Shown: positions 28,633 to 43,000 of the stretch, in pieces
How the letters are laid out: each line of letters begins with the position of its first letter
How positions within the stretch are numbered: the stretch's first letter is position 1
Assembly (NCBI GenBank): GCA_963738405.1
Contig: CAVTWJ010000010.1
Location: forward strand, 32,001-96,000
Reading direction: 5' to 3'
Length of the DNA stretch: 64,000 nucleotides
From: a candidate division FCPU426 bacterium
GTDB taxonomy: Bacteria; Oederibacteriota; Muellerivitia; Muellerivitales; Muellerivitaceae
The notes under the pieces: model-generated
Databases searched by the model: none
What the model was told of the DNA's origin: nothing
What the model saw: the letters and a program-made list of their open reading frames with translations, nothing else
Program-made: the position numbers and the translations under genes

Positions 28633-30873
28633 ATGCCTGAGACCCCCCGTGAAGTTAAGGTCAGTTACAGCAAAAAAACCGCCCTATGGATGACGGCGGG
28701 AATTGTCTTTTTCCTCTGCGTCTGTAATTTCTTTAAGATTCAGTTTTTCCAATCCCTTGAGAATAAAACTATTGATTTCCGTTTTGGCGTTCGGGGTACC
28801 CGCTTGCCGGAAGCCCCTATCCGCATCCTGGCTGTCGATGAAAAGAGCCTGCGGGAAGTGGGCCAATGGCCTTGGCCGCGGGCTATTCACGCTCAATTGG
28901 TGCGGCAGCTTAAGGATATGGGCGTCAAGTGCATCTTTTACGACGTTTTCTTCCCTGAACCCGAACGTACCCAAGAAAAGATGCTCAATCAGCTGGAAAC
29001 GGTTTTGAATTCGGCCATCCAGGGCAACAGCAAGACCGCCACTAAAATTAGAGAATCCATGCTTTCCGATATCAAACGGTTCCAGGAAACACAGAACGGG
29101 GATAAGGAATTCGGTCAAGCCATTCAGGATACCGGAAATGTCTTTTTGCCCATCGAACCCCTGATCAATGGCAAGGAGGGGCGCACTCCCAATGAGGAAT
29201 CCTTACATGTAACCGGGGCCCAACTTTTTGGAGGATTCACCAATAATTTTCTGACAAGCCAATCCTTGATCATTTCCATTCCCGACCTTCAGGAACATGT
29301 GGCCGACTCTGGGCATACCCGTTATTTTCCCGATCCTGACGGTATCTATCGCTATTACCCCACGGTCATGAATTACTCGGGTGTATTGATTCCCAATTTG
29401 TCCTTGCAGGTGGCCCGGGTTTTCCAGGGAATCAAGGATCCGGTCAAGGTTTACGATGGGGACCACGTGGCGGTTGGGAAAAGCAATATCCCGATATTGG
29501 ACTTGGGTTTCGCCCTGATTAACTTTTGCGGGCCACGGGGAACCTTTATGACTATCTCGGCCAGCGATGTTTTGAATGGCCGAGTTTCGCCCGATACTTT
29601 GAAAGGATCCATCGTTTTGATCGGGGCCACGGCTGATGGCCTTTACGATTTGCGTCCAACCCCCTATACCCGAGCCTCGCCGGGAGTCGAAATCAACGCC
29701 AACATCATTGAAAACGTACTGGACAACCATTTCTTGACCTTAGCGCCGGATTATTTGAAATACATCCTTGTTCTTTTCCTAGCCTTGATTATTTGGTACC
29801 TGGTTCCTCGCGTGACACCCACCCAGGGTTCCATATGGTTCGGGGCTTTGCTGGTAATTTATACCGTCCTGTCCTGCTTGGTGTTTAGTTATATGGGTTT
29901 GATCATTAATTTGACCTATCCCGTACTTGCTCTCATGCTCACATTCCTCGCCCTCACGACCTACAAGTTCCGCACCGAAGTGCGACACAGCCGTTACATG
30001 AAACAGATGTTCCAGAGCATGGTGACGCCTAAGGTTGTTGAGGAAATTTTGAAAATGCCGGCTGGTATCGAACTGGGCGGTGAAGAAAAAGAACTGACGG
30101 TCATGTTCTCGGACATCCGGGGGTTCACCACTTACTCAGAAAAGCACACTCCCCACGAGGTCGTGGAGGTTCTAAACGAGTATCTCACCCAGATGACCAA
30201 CATGATTTTCCAAACGGAGGGCACCCTCGACAAATACATCGGAGACGCCATCATGGCCTTCTGGGGAGCCCCGACCGGACAGCAGGATCACGCCTATCGC
30301 GCCTGCTCCACCGCCCTCGGGATGGTGGATCTTTTACACACAACCCTTCATCCCAAATGGGAAAAAGAGGGCAAGGAAAAACTGGAAATCGGTATTGGGG
30401 TCAACACTGGCCCCATCGTCGTGGGGTTCGTGGGTTCCCAGGCCATCAAGAATTACACCCTTATCGGGGACGCGGTGAACTTGGGGAGCCGCTTGGAGGG
30501 TACCACCAAGGAATACAAGGTAGAAATCATCATCGGCGAACAGACATTTGAGCACGTTAAGATGGACATGCTTTGCAGGGAATTGGACCTGATTCGGGTC
30601 AAGGGCAAGCTGCAGCCCATCCGTATTTACGAGGTCGTGGATCACCGGCTCAAGGCTGTCGGAGCCAAGGAGTTAAAGGTGAACACCTTCAACGAGGGGC
30701 TCAGCTATTACCGCCTCCAGCGCTGGGATGACGCCATCAAGCGGTTCAAGGTCTGCCTGGAACTGGACCCGCACGACGGGCCTTCCAAGATATTCATCGA
30801 CCGATGTCAGCACCTGAAAGAAGACCCTCCTAAGCCCGATTGGGACGGGGTTTTCATCATGAAGACGAAATAA
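28633..30873 (+). CDS. CHASE2-domain class III adenylate cyclase
   Basis: GQWPWPR, PGVEINAN (CHASE2), 3 TM helices, FSDIRGFT, DKYIGDAIMA, YTLIGDAVNLGSRLEG, C-terminal WDGVF tail. Confidence 0.95.
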   Translation: MPETPREVKVSYSKKTALWMTAGIVFFLCVCNFFKIQFFQSLENKTIDFRFGVRGTRLPEAPIRILAVDEKSLREVGQWPWPRAIHAQLVRQLKDMGVKCIFYDVFFPEPERTQEKMLNQLETVLNSAIQGNSKTATKIRESMLSDIKRFQETQNGDKEFGQAIQDTGNVFLPIEPLINGKEGRTPNEESLHVTGAQLFGGFTNNFLTSQSLIISIPDLQEHVADSGHTRYFPDPDGIYRYYPTVMNYSGVLIPNLSLQVARVFQGIKDPVKVYDGDHVAVGKSNIPILDLGFALINFCGPRGTFMTISASDVLNGRVSPDTLKGSIVLIGATADGLYDLRPTPYTRASPGVEINANIIENVLDNHFLTLAPDYLKYILVLFLALIIWYLVPRVTPTQGSIWFGALLVIYTVLSCLVFSYMGLIINLTYPVLALMLTFLALTTYKFRTEVRHSRYMKQMFQSMVTPKVVEEILKMPAGIELGGEEKELTVMFSDIRGFTTYSEKHTPHEVVEVLNEYLTQMTNMIFQTEGTLDKYIGDAIMAFWGAPTGQQDHAYRACSTALGMVDLLHTTLHPKWEKEGKEKLEIGIGVNTGPIVVGFVGSQAIKNYTLIGDAVNLGSRLEGTTKEYKVEIIIGEQTFEHVKMDMLCRELDLIRVKGKLQPIRIYEVVDHRLKAVGAKELKVNTFNEGLSYYRLQRWDDAIKRFKVCLELDPHDGPSKIFIDRCQHLKEDPPKPDWDGVFIMKTK

Positions 30874-31084
30874 AGCTTTTGAATTGAGGCTGTTTTTAAG
30901 TTTTTTCCCGCCTTTTGAGTTTTTACCCCCCAAAACCTGATTTTTTTCTAAAATTTAAAAGACGATTGAATTTGTGTAAATATTGATTTTATCTATCTTT
31001 TGGTCGTGATTCCCCGAATCCTTGTCATGTACAATGCCGCCTCAACAGACAAGCGGGCTTTTGCAATGGCCCCAGGGGAGCCTG

Positions 31085-34000
31085 ATGAAAGTTCGCCATT
31101 GGGCGCTTTTATCTTTTGGTATCGTTTTTATTTTCGCGGCCTTCATCGGCTGCAATAACCGCTCGGCCTCGCCGGTTGCTCCTACACGAAACGCCAACCT
31201 TAATGTAGCCGTTCCTAGAACCCAGGAACTCCAGGCCAGCCTTTTAAGCTCCACCAGCGACATCCTTCTTTACAAAGCTACCACCTCAGGTCAGGCCGTC
31301 ACAGGATCGGCGGGACCTTTCAATGACCAGACTGGTTCGGGCTCGATTAATTTTTCGGTGGATCTACCAAGTTCTGGGACTTGGCTTATGGCGGTGGAGC
31401 TTATTGCCGCTTCAAACCAACAGCCTTTGGCCTTAGGCGCAGCTCAGTTTGACGCTGGAAGCGTTTCGGGTGGTGTCACGCTCGACCTGGGGTCGGTATC
31501 CAGAAATTGTTATCAAACTGATACTTGGATGGATCCGCTTGGGTCTTCTTTTTCCTTCTTGACTGATACACTTTTTACTTCGCTAAACTCGGGCGATATT
31601 AATATCGTCCCATTCGGCGCCGGTTATCAGATTCAGGCGGTTGCCCCTGCTCGGATCGAATATCTTGGTAATGGGCCGCTGGTTAATTTTGCCTCAGCTC
31701 CCGCGACTGAAACAAACACCGCTTCTTCTGTTTCGAAGATGACCGCTGGGGCCGCAGTTTCGATTCTGCAGTCGGGGGACGTTTACTGCGTTCTCTTATC
31801 AGGCGGTGGACACGCATGGATGCAGATCAGCAACCCCGGCAATGCCACAACAGGACCTTCTTTTCGTTTTCGGGTCAACGCGACACTTCCTTATTACGCC
31901 TATTATCAAACTTCTGCTGATATATCGGGCGTGTGTCTGACACCCCTGAACACCCCCACTTCCACCGCCACCTTCTCGCCGACTCCAACGATCACCCCCA
32001 CGGTGACCCCAACCCCCAGCTATACCCAGACGCCCCTGCCGACATCGACGCCTACCTCTACGAACTCGCCGACTTTAACCTCTTCGCCGACCGACACATG
32101 GACTGTGACCCCCACGCCTTCCATCACCGACACTCCCTCTTCGACTCCCACGCCGACGATTACGCCTTCTCCCTCGCCAACTAATAGCCCCATACCAACT
32201 TCCACCCCGACGGAAACCCTTACTTCCACGGCGACCAACACGCCAACCGTTACCGGGACTTCGACTTCGACCGTTTCGCCGACCTTTACCCTGACCAACA
32301 CGCTCACCTTTTCCTCGACGCAAACCTCAACATCGACCGCCACCGTTACGGGAACCGCCACGCTTACCCAAACACTTACTTCCACCCCGACGGGGTTATT
32401 TACCTCGACGATGACAAGTACCCCGACGAATACACCCACCTATACAGCCACCCCAACGACAACTTCGACTTCTACCTTCACTCAGACCAACACTCTGACC
32501 TCAACGTCGACCTCCACCGCGACAAGCCAATTCACCTTCACGCAGACATCGACTCCGACAAACACTCTATCCGCAACAACCACCGACACCTTAACGAGCA
32601 CTTTGACAGCGACACCAACCGATACTTTGACGACCACAGCCACATTTACGCAAACTCAGACGCCTACTGCGACATTGACCAATACGGTAACGGCTATCGC
32701 GACCTCAACGTCCACTGCGACCCCGACGAACACCCTGACTGCGACGCCCACCGTTACATCGACGAACACAGCCACCGTTTCGCAGACTCAAACCGTTACG
32801 TCCACTTTAACCAATACGGCAACGGCTACTTCGACCTCAACGTCCACTGCGACCCCGACGAACACAGCCACATCCACTCCGACCCAAACACCTACTTCAA
32901 CGGCGACCGCTTCGGCGACAGATACCCCAACCTCCACACTCACAACGACTCCGACGGCCACCCCGACCTCAACATTAACCACAACTCCAACAAGCACGCC
33001 AACTTTCAGTTTTACGGCCACATCCACAACCAATGGCACCTCAACCCCAACTTTGACTCCTATTGCGGGAGTAATTGACATTACCAACAATATCGATGGC
33101 GCCCCGGTTCCTGGCATCACCACCGGTGGACAGGATAATTACAGCCAAACGGTCACCTTCTGGAATGGGACTTCGAGCTTATCCTCCAGCTATGACAACT
33201 ATTCCAGTAGCGGTGCCGCAACCGCCCTCTATGGCCAGGGCGCTCCTGACCAGGCCTACCAGTTCACGCTGGCTTCTCCTAAAAATCTCTTCGTCAACCT
33301 TTGCGGCGCGAACTACGACTCGGTCCTATACCTTCGGAAGACGCTGAATGACCCGAATTCGCTGGTCGCCATTAACGACGATTCCGATTTCTGCGCCACA
33401 ACCTCTTCCAGCCTCGTAACGGGAACCCTACCGGCGGGCACGTACTACCTGATCGTGGATGGTTTCGCGGCGGGCTACCATGGCTCTTACTCCTTAACCC
33501 TCTCCACCTTCGCTCCCCCCTGCCAGTTGACGCCTCTTTCTTCACCCGTTACCAGCAACCAGCAGGTCAATACGGCGGATACCAGCAATTTCACCAACCC
33601 GGTCGTTTTAGGCTCGGTTGGGGCCGGATCGGACCTGGTAGGGGCCGGCACGGTCAATTACTTCACCAATTTCGCCAATACCTGGGCCTTCACGCCTTCC
33701 ATGACCGGGGCCTACCAGATTTCGTTGGATTGTTTCGACGATGGAACGGGCAAGGCGAGGGTAGGTTATGACCTTCTTGAATCCGATGGAGAGGGCGGAG
33801 TTTCCTTTGTCGATGTCTCCCTCGACGGTGATCCGTTAGACTCGTTGATCGAAAATCTGACTGCGGGAAATACCTATTACATCGCCGTTTACGCCTGGAA
33901 TGAAGGCGCTCCTGACGCCGATTACCACCTGATCATCAAGGGTTTGGGCAGTACGGCCACGCCCACGATCACGCCCACCGCTTCTTCAACACCCACAGAG

Positions 34001-37000
34001 ACCATCACTCCTTCCGCTACCTCGATTCCGACCGCCCAGAGCCCAGTCACCCTCAATATTTCCGGCGGCGGAGCCACGGTCACGGGCAATACCATTGGCA
34101 TGGCGGACAGTTATAACCAGCCGGTGAGCCTCTGGAATAGTATCGGAGGCGTTACCTACGATTACGGCGCGGGAGCGCCGGACACTGCCTACGCTGTCAA
34201 CGTCACGAACCCGGAAAGCCTCTTCATCAACCTTTGCGGGGCACAGTTTGACTCTGTTGTTTATGTAAGGTTTGGTTCACCCACGGGTCCGACCGTCTCC
34301 GTGAACGACGATTCGGACTACTGCAACAGCCCCTCTTCCAGCCTGGTGACCGGAACCCTGGTGCCGGGGATCTACTACATTATCGTGGATGGATTCGGTC
34401 CCGGAAGCTATGGGCCCTTTACCCTGGCTGTTTCCACCTTTAACCCCGTTTGCGGCCTGCCCACCCAAACCCTGCCGACGCCGGTTGTGAACCCGCAATC
34501 CGGTGATAGCGCGGATGACGTCAATTTCACCAATCCGGTGGATCTGGGTGTGGCTTTAAGCGGGGGCGATGTGGTGGGGTCGGGCAACGTGAATTATTAC
34601 TTCAACCATGTGCAAACCTGGAGTTTCGCGGTATCGCAGTACGGTAACTATACGGTCTCCCTGGATTGTTTTGATGACGGAACGGGCAAGGCTAGGGCGG
34701 GCTTTGACCTGCTTCAAAACAATGAGGGTTCCATCTCCTTTTTGCAGGCTTCGAACGATAACGATCCCTTGGACCAGGTGACCTATTACCTTATCCCTGG
34801 AGTCACTTATTACGTCGCGGTTTACGCTTTCGGTGAGGGGGCTCCCAGCGCGGATTATCACCTCTTGGTCACGCCCCAGGGCGGCGCCCCGGTCATCCAG
34901 GATGTCAGTTCTATCATCGGAACCGGGAACGCAATTTCGGGCAGTACGGAAGGTGCAAACGACAACAATAACCAGCCCGATTCATCCGGAACTCCCTGGG
35001 GCCAATACGGGCCGGATGTGACCTACCAGTTCGTGCCCCCGCAGACGGGCGAGTATTTCATCAATATGTGTAATGTCAATTTCGACTCGGTTCTTTATTT
35101 ACGAACCAACCCGACCGATCCAGCCTCGGTTGTGGATTTGGATACCTTCGGGAATTATTGCGACAACGGGCAGGGCACCGCGATCGCCACGGGAGTCCTG
35201 AACCAGGGGGTCACCTATTACCTGATCGTGGATGGAAATGATGAAGCGGGGAACTATTCCTTCACCATTGCGCCTTTCACTCCCCAGTGCGTCCTGACGC
35301 CTGTTTCCACTCCCGTCACTTTCACGGGACCGGCCAATACCTCCTTCAACCCAGACTTGGCCAACGCGCGGGACTTAGGCGATTTGAGCGCCGCGGGCCA
35401 GGACGCGACGGGGGTAGGCAACGTCAATTACGAATACAACGGCACCAATACTTGGCAGTTTGAGGTCACGGTTCCCAACCAGGTCTTCAATCTTTCCACG
35501 GATTGCTTTGATGACGGAACTGGAAAGAATTTGACGGATGTGGGCATTTGGAGCAACAGCGATGGGCTTCAATTCATCGCGGGTCAGTCGCAATATTCCC
35601 CGATCAACCAAGCCTCCGTCACTTTATCGACGGGAACCTATTACATCACCGTTGAATCGGACAATGACGGGGAGGACGGCAATTACCGCCTGGTGGTCCA
35701 GAACGTCACGGGGTTAAACACTCCCACCGTCACCCAAACCCCGACCGTTACGCCGACGGCCACCCCCGCAGGCGTTCCCGACGTCAGTTACGCAATCGGG
35801 CAGGGAACCGTCATCTCAGGCAATACGGCGGGCGGGACGGACCATTACAACCAAAACCTCACCAACGGCTTTAACGGTGCGGTGGATTACGGCGCCGGCG
35901 CCCCCGATGTGGCTTATCAATTCGTGGCGCCTCAAACCGGCGAGTATGTCATCGACATGTGCAACGCGGGTTTCAGCGCGGTTCTTTACCTGCGGACCAG
36001 CCTTACCGATCCGGCTTCCATGACCGATTTAAGTAATCAGTCTGATTATTGTTATAACGTGGGTTCCGGTTCTGGATATTACGCGTCGATCACGACAAGC
36101 ACCCTGACCCAAGGTGTGACCTATTACCTGATCGTGGATGGTTATGGAAGCGGCGATTACGGGAATTACGGTTTTACCATCGCCCCATTTACACCTGTTT
36201 GCTATCTCAACACGGTTTCCACCCCGGTTACTTATACAGGCTTGCCGAATGATAACGACGGCTATGAGCAAATGACCGACTCGGACGCTTCTGCCGCCGT
36301 AAATCTGGGCACGGTGACCACCGACGCAGTTGGGGTGGGAACCCTGAACTGGGCGCTCAACGGCACGGAGGTCTGGCAGTTCACCGCATCCGTGAGCGGC
36401 AATTATGCCATTTCCACGGATTGTTTCGACGACGGCACGGGACAGGACTACGCCGACCTTTATCTTTGGACCTACCAAGACGGGCTGACCGAAACCAATT
36501 ATTCTTACAACTATCCGCTGAATCAAATGGTGGTCTATTTAAACGCAGGCCAGACCTATTACGCGGAAGTCCAACCCGATTACGACGGCCAGGATGGGAA
36601 TTACCGATTAGTCGTTCAAAATCTCACGGGTTTTAATACCCCGACGCCACTCGATACGCCCACCCCTATGCCTTCTCCCACGCCCACCCCCTCAAGCTTC
36701 CGGGTCATCCCGGCGAGTTACAGCGGATATACCGACAGCCAAGGCAATTATTGGAATGGAGGGGCCGACAGCGACATACCTGGCTATTCAGGTCCAGGTG
36801 GATTTTCGAATGACAATAACATCCCGATTTTTGGCACCAAAGACCCGACACTTTATGACGACTATTACGACAATGGACCGGCGGCTCAAAACTACGTTTT
36901 TAACGTGGCTCCGGGTACCTACCAAACCACCCTCAAATTCACGGATCTCAGCGGGACTGCGGTAGGTGCAAGGGAATTCAATGTCTTTATCAACGGGTCG

Positions 37001-40000
37001 AAAGTAATAAGCAACCTGGACATTTATTCCGAGGTCGGCGGAAATGCAGCAGACGACAAGGTTTTCAATAATGTAATCCCGGTGTTCAACCCATCGGCCT
37101 TGGCCTATCAAATTCAGGTCCAGGTGGGGCCGGCCAATTCCGGTGCGCCGGTTATCGGTGCCATCCAAATTTTGCCGCAGTCTCAAACCATCGCTACACC
37201 CACCCCGACCCCGACCCGCGGACCCTCATCCACTTGGCGCGTCATCGCCGGCGGTGCCTCACCCTATATGACGCTGCCTTACACTGACAGTCATGGTAAA
37301 TCCTGGATCGGTGACACCGATTACCAGGGAGGTATCTTTCAGGCTTCCACCAATCCTGGATCCATATCGGGCACCAATGACCAAATCCTTTATCAAAACA
37401 CCCGCATGGGCAACATGATTAACGATACCTATTACCAACCCTTCAGCTACAGCTTCCCGGTACCGCAGGGTAACTACCAAGTCACCTTGAAATTCGCTGA
37501 AACTCAATACACTTATGTGGGCGGGCGGGTGTTCAATGTTTCCATCAATGGAAACCAAGCCGTCACAAACTTGGATGTTTATTCTGAGGTGGGAGAGAAC
37601 GCCGCGGACGATAAGATCGTCAATAACGTCACGCCGGACGGTACCGGCCATATCAAGATTAGTTTTGGCCCGACTAGTTCCTCGAGTAATAGCAACCAGG
37701 TCATGGTGAGCGCCATCCAGATTGTTCCCGAAGCGGGCGGGTTCTTCCCAACAGCTACCCTCACTCAGACCCAAACACCTACCCCGACGATCACCCCCAG
37801 TCCGACCCCCACTTCCACGCCTTCGGGACCCGCGGCTTTAGATATTTCAGGTGGAGGTGTCACTTTAACCGGGCAGACCACATTGGGATTACCCGACATA
37901 TACAACGAACCCGCCACCGCTTGGCTGGGGGCGAGTGGATACGCCAACTATAACTATGGGGTGGGCGCTCCGGATAAGCTCTATACCTTTACAGTGGGCT
38001 CGGGCCAAGCCGGGCAATTCTTCAATATCAATATTTGTGACGCGAACTTTGATTCGGTGCTGGCCCTGCACTCCGGGTCTCCTGCGGGGCCCACGGTGGC
38101 CTTGAATGACGACTCGGATTTCTGCGGGGGTACTTCCTCCAGCCTGGTAACAGGTCCCCTTGCCGCCGGAACCTATTACCTAATTGTGGATGGATTCCAG
38201 GCGGGTGACGCGGGCGCCTATACCCTGAAGATTTCCACTTTCACCACCACCTGTTCCTTAAGCCCCACCTCGACACCCGTCGTTTCAAATCAAACAAGCG
38301 GGGTGACAGTGGATGACACCACCTTTACCAACCCCGTTACCCTGACCACGCCATTGACCTCCGGAAATGATTTGACGGGTTTGGGGGTCGTCAACAACTA
38401 CCTTAACCATGTAAATACCTGGATGTTTACCCAGGCTTCAAGCGGCTCCTGCACGATATCGTTGGATTGTTTCGATAATGGAACCGCCTTGGGTAATTCC
38501 CGGGTTGGGTTTGACGTTTACGATGCCTATGACGACCTGATCGGGTCTTCGGCGGATGGGGATCCCTTGGATCAATTGGTCCTGGATCTTAACCCCGGCA
38601 ACTATTATGTCGCCGTTTATGCCTGGGATTACGGCGCGCCTAACGCCAACTACCGACTGGTGATCCAGGATGGGCCCATTGCGACCGCAACCCCCACGCC
38701 TACGGTCACTCCTACTCTCACCCTAAATACGACATTCACCTCTACAGCAACAATAACATCGACCCTAATGGCAACTCCGATACCCAGTTTTAGCCCTACC
38801 CCAGGAGTGCCCGCCGACATTACCTCTGCTATCAACGGTGCCCCGGTCGCGGGCGATACCACGGGCCTAGAGGATGATTATAGCCAGCCGGTGAGCTATT
38901 GGAACGGTACGGATACCTCTACCCAATACCTCGGCGCGGGCGCGCCGGATATCGCCTACCAATTCAGCATAGATGCCGGCCATGCCGGGGAAAGCCTCTT
39001 TATCAACATTTGCGGGGCTTCTTTTGATTCCGTGCTTTATTTACGTTCAGGATCGCCGACTGGCCCCTTGGTTGCGGTGGATGACGACTCGGAATATTGC
39101 GGGGCTTCCTCGAACAACGGTCTTTCCTCAAGCTTCGTGACCGGTCCCTTGTCTGCGGGCACCTATTACCTAATCGTGGACGGCTACCAATCGGGCGATT
39201 ACGGTCAATTCAGCTTGAACCTTTCCACCTACAATCCCCCTTGTTCCTTGAACCCGACTTCCACGCCCATTCCCAACGCCGAGCCCAGCCAAGACGATAA
39301 CGGGTTCAGCCAAGCCACGAACTTGGGCACGGTTTCCATCGGTACTGATACGGTAGGGTCGGGTGCTTTAGGCTATTTCACTAACCACGTAGATACCTGG
39401 CATTTCCACGCAGGAACGGATGGCGGCAACTATACCCTTTCGCTGGATTGTTTCGACGATGGGAATAACAAGGCTCGGTTTGGTTTCGACCTTTATCGGT
39501 TGATAAAAACCAACTCTTATAACTCAGTTCCCCTCTCCTTGGTTGCCTCTTCCACGGACGGAGACCCCTTGGATCAGCTGGTCGAGACTCTCCCTGCGGG
39601 CGATTATTACGTCGCTGTTTACGCCAATGATGAAAACGCCCCCAGCGGCAATTACCATCTGGTAGTCCAAGGCGGCCCTGTGGCTTCGCCCACCCCCACC
39701 ATAACCTTTACCCCCACCTATACGGAAACGCCGGGCGGGGTTATTCAAGACATCAGCTCCATCATTTCATCGGGCGTCACCATCACGGGCGATACGACCA
39801 ATGACGTGAATAACTACACCCAGGCGGTCACCCAATATGACGGCTCCAGCCCCTATGTTTTCAACACCGGTTTGGGCCCTGATGCCATGTATCAGTTTGT
39901 GCCTCCCTCGACCGGGGAATATTTCATCAACCTGTGCAACGCCAGTTTTGACTCGGTGATTTACTTGAGGACTAATCCAACGGATAGTTCCTCAACCATC

Positions 40001-43000
40001 GACCTGGACCAGTATTCCGAATACTGCAGTACCACTGGCTCCTCTATTGCGACGGGCACCCTGACGCAAGGAGTGACCTATTACCTGATCGTGGACGGCC
40101 TCAACAGCTATGATTATGGAACCTACAGCCTGTCCATCTCCCATTTCACGCCTCTGTGCACTTTAAGCCCCACTTCCACACCCGTCCTTTATACGGCGCC
40201 AGCGAATATTACCTATTATCCCGACTATGCCAACGCGGTTGATTTGGGAACGGTCTCGACGGGCGGGGACGCGGTGGGAACAGGCAACGCGAACTACAAC
40301 TTCAATTACACGAATACCTGGAAATTCACGGTTGGAACCAACGGCGGAACCTATGCCTTCTCTGCGGATTGTTTTGACGACGGTACGGGCAAAAACTACG
40401 AAGACATTACGGTTTATGACGGTAATCCCGAGGATTTGAACAGTCCTATTGCCCAATCTTATTACCAGACGCCCTTAAACCAACTGGAGATACAGAATCT
40501 CCCGGCGGGAACCTACTATATCGCCGTTCAATCCGATGATGACGGCCAGGACGGGAACTATCGCTTGGCGGTCCAAGGGTTGCAGGCATTAACCATCACG
40601 CCAACGCCGACCATTACGCCGTCGCCTACGGATAGTCCGACCGATTCTCCTACCGTCATTTCAACTGAAACTTTAACGGTCACACCTGCCAACTCAGTTA
40701 CGGTTTGGCGGGAAACGACGGGCTACCTCGCGGCTTCCTTGACCGATCACCTGGGTAATGTTTGGACACCGGATACGACAGTGGGTAATTACAGCCCATT
40801 AGGCGGCAGCACCTATCTAGGTGGAGTTGTATTTGGAACACCGGATTCCACCCTTTATCAAAACCCCCGTTTTGCCAGCCCCACTTTGACCTATTCCTTC
40901 CCGATTGAGCCAGGCTCATACCAGGTGACCCTTAAATTTGCCGAGGAAAACCCCACCTATTGGGCAGTGGGGGCGAGGGTGTTCAATGTGTCCGTTATCG
41001 GAAGTTCGACCCAGACTCTATCTAATCTTGACGTATTTGCTGAAGTGGGAGGCCAAGCACCCGATGACAAGGTCTTTGACAGCGTTTCTCCGGATGCGAG
41101 CGGGAACATCACGGTTCTATTGGGCGGTGGGACCAACTTCCCCATGATTTCCGCCATTCAAATCATTCCCCAGGGCTCTGCCGTTACGCCGACCCCGACG
41201 CCCCTATTAACCCCTTCCGCCAATTGGAGGATCATCGCCGGGGCCAGCCCCTACAGCCAACTATCAGGGACCAATCTAAAACTTCCCTATATTGATTCCC
41301 ATGGCAAGCCTTGGATGGGCGACGCTGGATTTAGCGGCGGCGAGGGGCTTGGCTCCGGCGCCTATTTTGCCTCAAGTGACTTAACCCTTTATTCATTCGA
41401 AAGGGTGGGTTATGGCGTTCCCTTCAGCTACACCTTCCCTGTTCCGACGGGACAGCAGTACCAGTTGGATCTGAAATTCATGGACTACTACCATAATGCC
41501 GATGAAAACGTGGTCGTGAACGGAGTCACGGTTCTATCGAATTTCCAACCGGGTAATGTTGGCGGCTACAGCTTCAACACCCCCATCGACCAGGTTTTCA
41601 ATAACATTTCACCCGTCGGTGGAAACATCCAAATCCAATTCTTCCCGGTATATCCCGACTATTACCCCAATTATCCGGTGGAGGTGAACGCCATCCAGAT
41701 TATTCCCCAGCCGGTTCTGATTTCGCCCACTGTAACGCCTACCTGGACGATCACGCCCAGCCCCACCAATACTCCCAATCCATCGGTAACAACCACCCCC
41801 ACCTCCACTGCTACCATTTCATCGGGGATACCCATGGTGCTTGTGGATGGGGCCCCCGTGAGTGGAACAACCGCCGGTGGAACGGATAGCTATAGCCAAC
41901 CTGCCAGCCTTTGGGACAGTTCCAACGGGGTCACCTATAACTATGGCGCGGGCGCTCCGGACTCGGTTTACCAGTTCCATTTGAACTCGGCCCAGAGCGT
42001 TTTCATTAATCTTTGCGGGGCGGCTTTTGATTCTGTGGTTTACGTTCGTACCAACCCCAATGATCCCTCCACCACCATGGCCTTGGACGATGATTCGGAA
42101 TTCTGCCACGGCACCTCTTCCAGTCTGGTGACGGGCACCCTTCAGCAGGGGACCTATTATGTGGTTGTGGATGGGTTTACGGCGGGTGATTTTGGAACCT
42201 ATTCCTTAAGCTTATCCAGCTTCAATCCAATCTGCACCCTAACGCCTATTTCCACACCAGTGGTCAACTGGCAAACCAATAATTCGGCCGACGATTCCTA
42301 TTTCTCAAATACTGTCAACTTGGGTTCGGTCACGAGCGGCCATGACCTGGTTGGGATGGGAACACTCAATTATTATCTAAACCACGTGAATACCTGGCAG
42401 TTCTCGGCTGGGACGGACGGCTCTAACTATACGATTTCGCTGGATTGCTTTGACGACGGAAATGGCAAGGCCCGGATGGGTTTTGACCTTTACCAGGCCG
42501 CTTACAATAGCTTCGACAGCATTTACTCTTACCAATTGATCGCATCTTCAAGCAACGGCGATCCCTTGGACCAGATCACCCAGAATCTCCCGGCCGGCAA
42601 TTATGTTGTTGCGGTTTATGCCATCGACGCGGAAGCCCCGAGCGGGGATTATCACTTGGTGGTCCAAGCCGGTGCGGCCCCCACGCCCCTGCCCACGGCT
42701 ACGGTCACTCCCACTCCCGTGGTGGTCAACCATTACCCCGACATCACCTCGTATATTGACAGCGGGAACCCCGTCACCGGCGACACGACTGGCCTGCCGG
42801 ACCACTACAACCAGGTTGTTATGGAAGCCTCTGAGGGCGGCGATGCGCATGCCGCTGGAAATACCAATGGCAGGCCAGTGACCTTTGGCGCGGGTTCACC
42901 GGATGTGGTTTACCAATTCACTCTCCACTCTGCGGAAAGCCTTCATATCAATGCCTGTCAAACCTATTACTTCAGCTCAGTTGTTTATATAAGGACGAAT

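Noticed and set aside
28633..30873. Cyclase as part of an anti-phage (CBASS/Pycsar) system
   Set aside because: It is a membrane CHASE2 class III signalling cyclase with ATP-type residues and no adjacent effector gene
32020..33123. Val/Gly/Glu-rich minus-strand ORFs
   Set aside because: Mirror image of the Thr/Pro codon repeats in the giant gene
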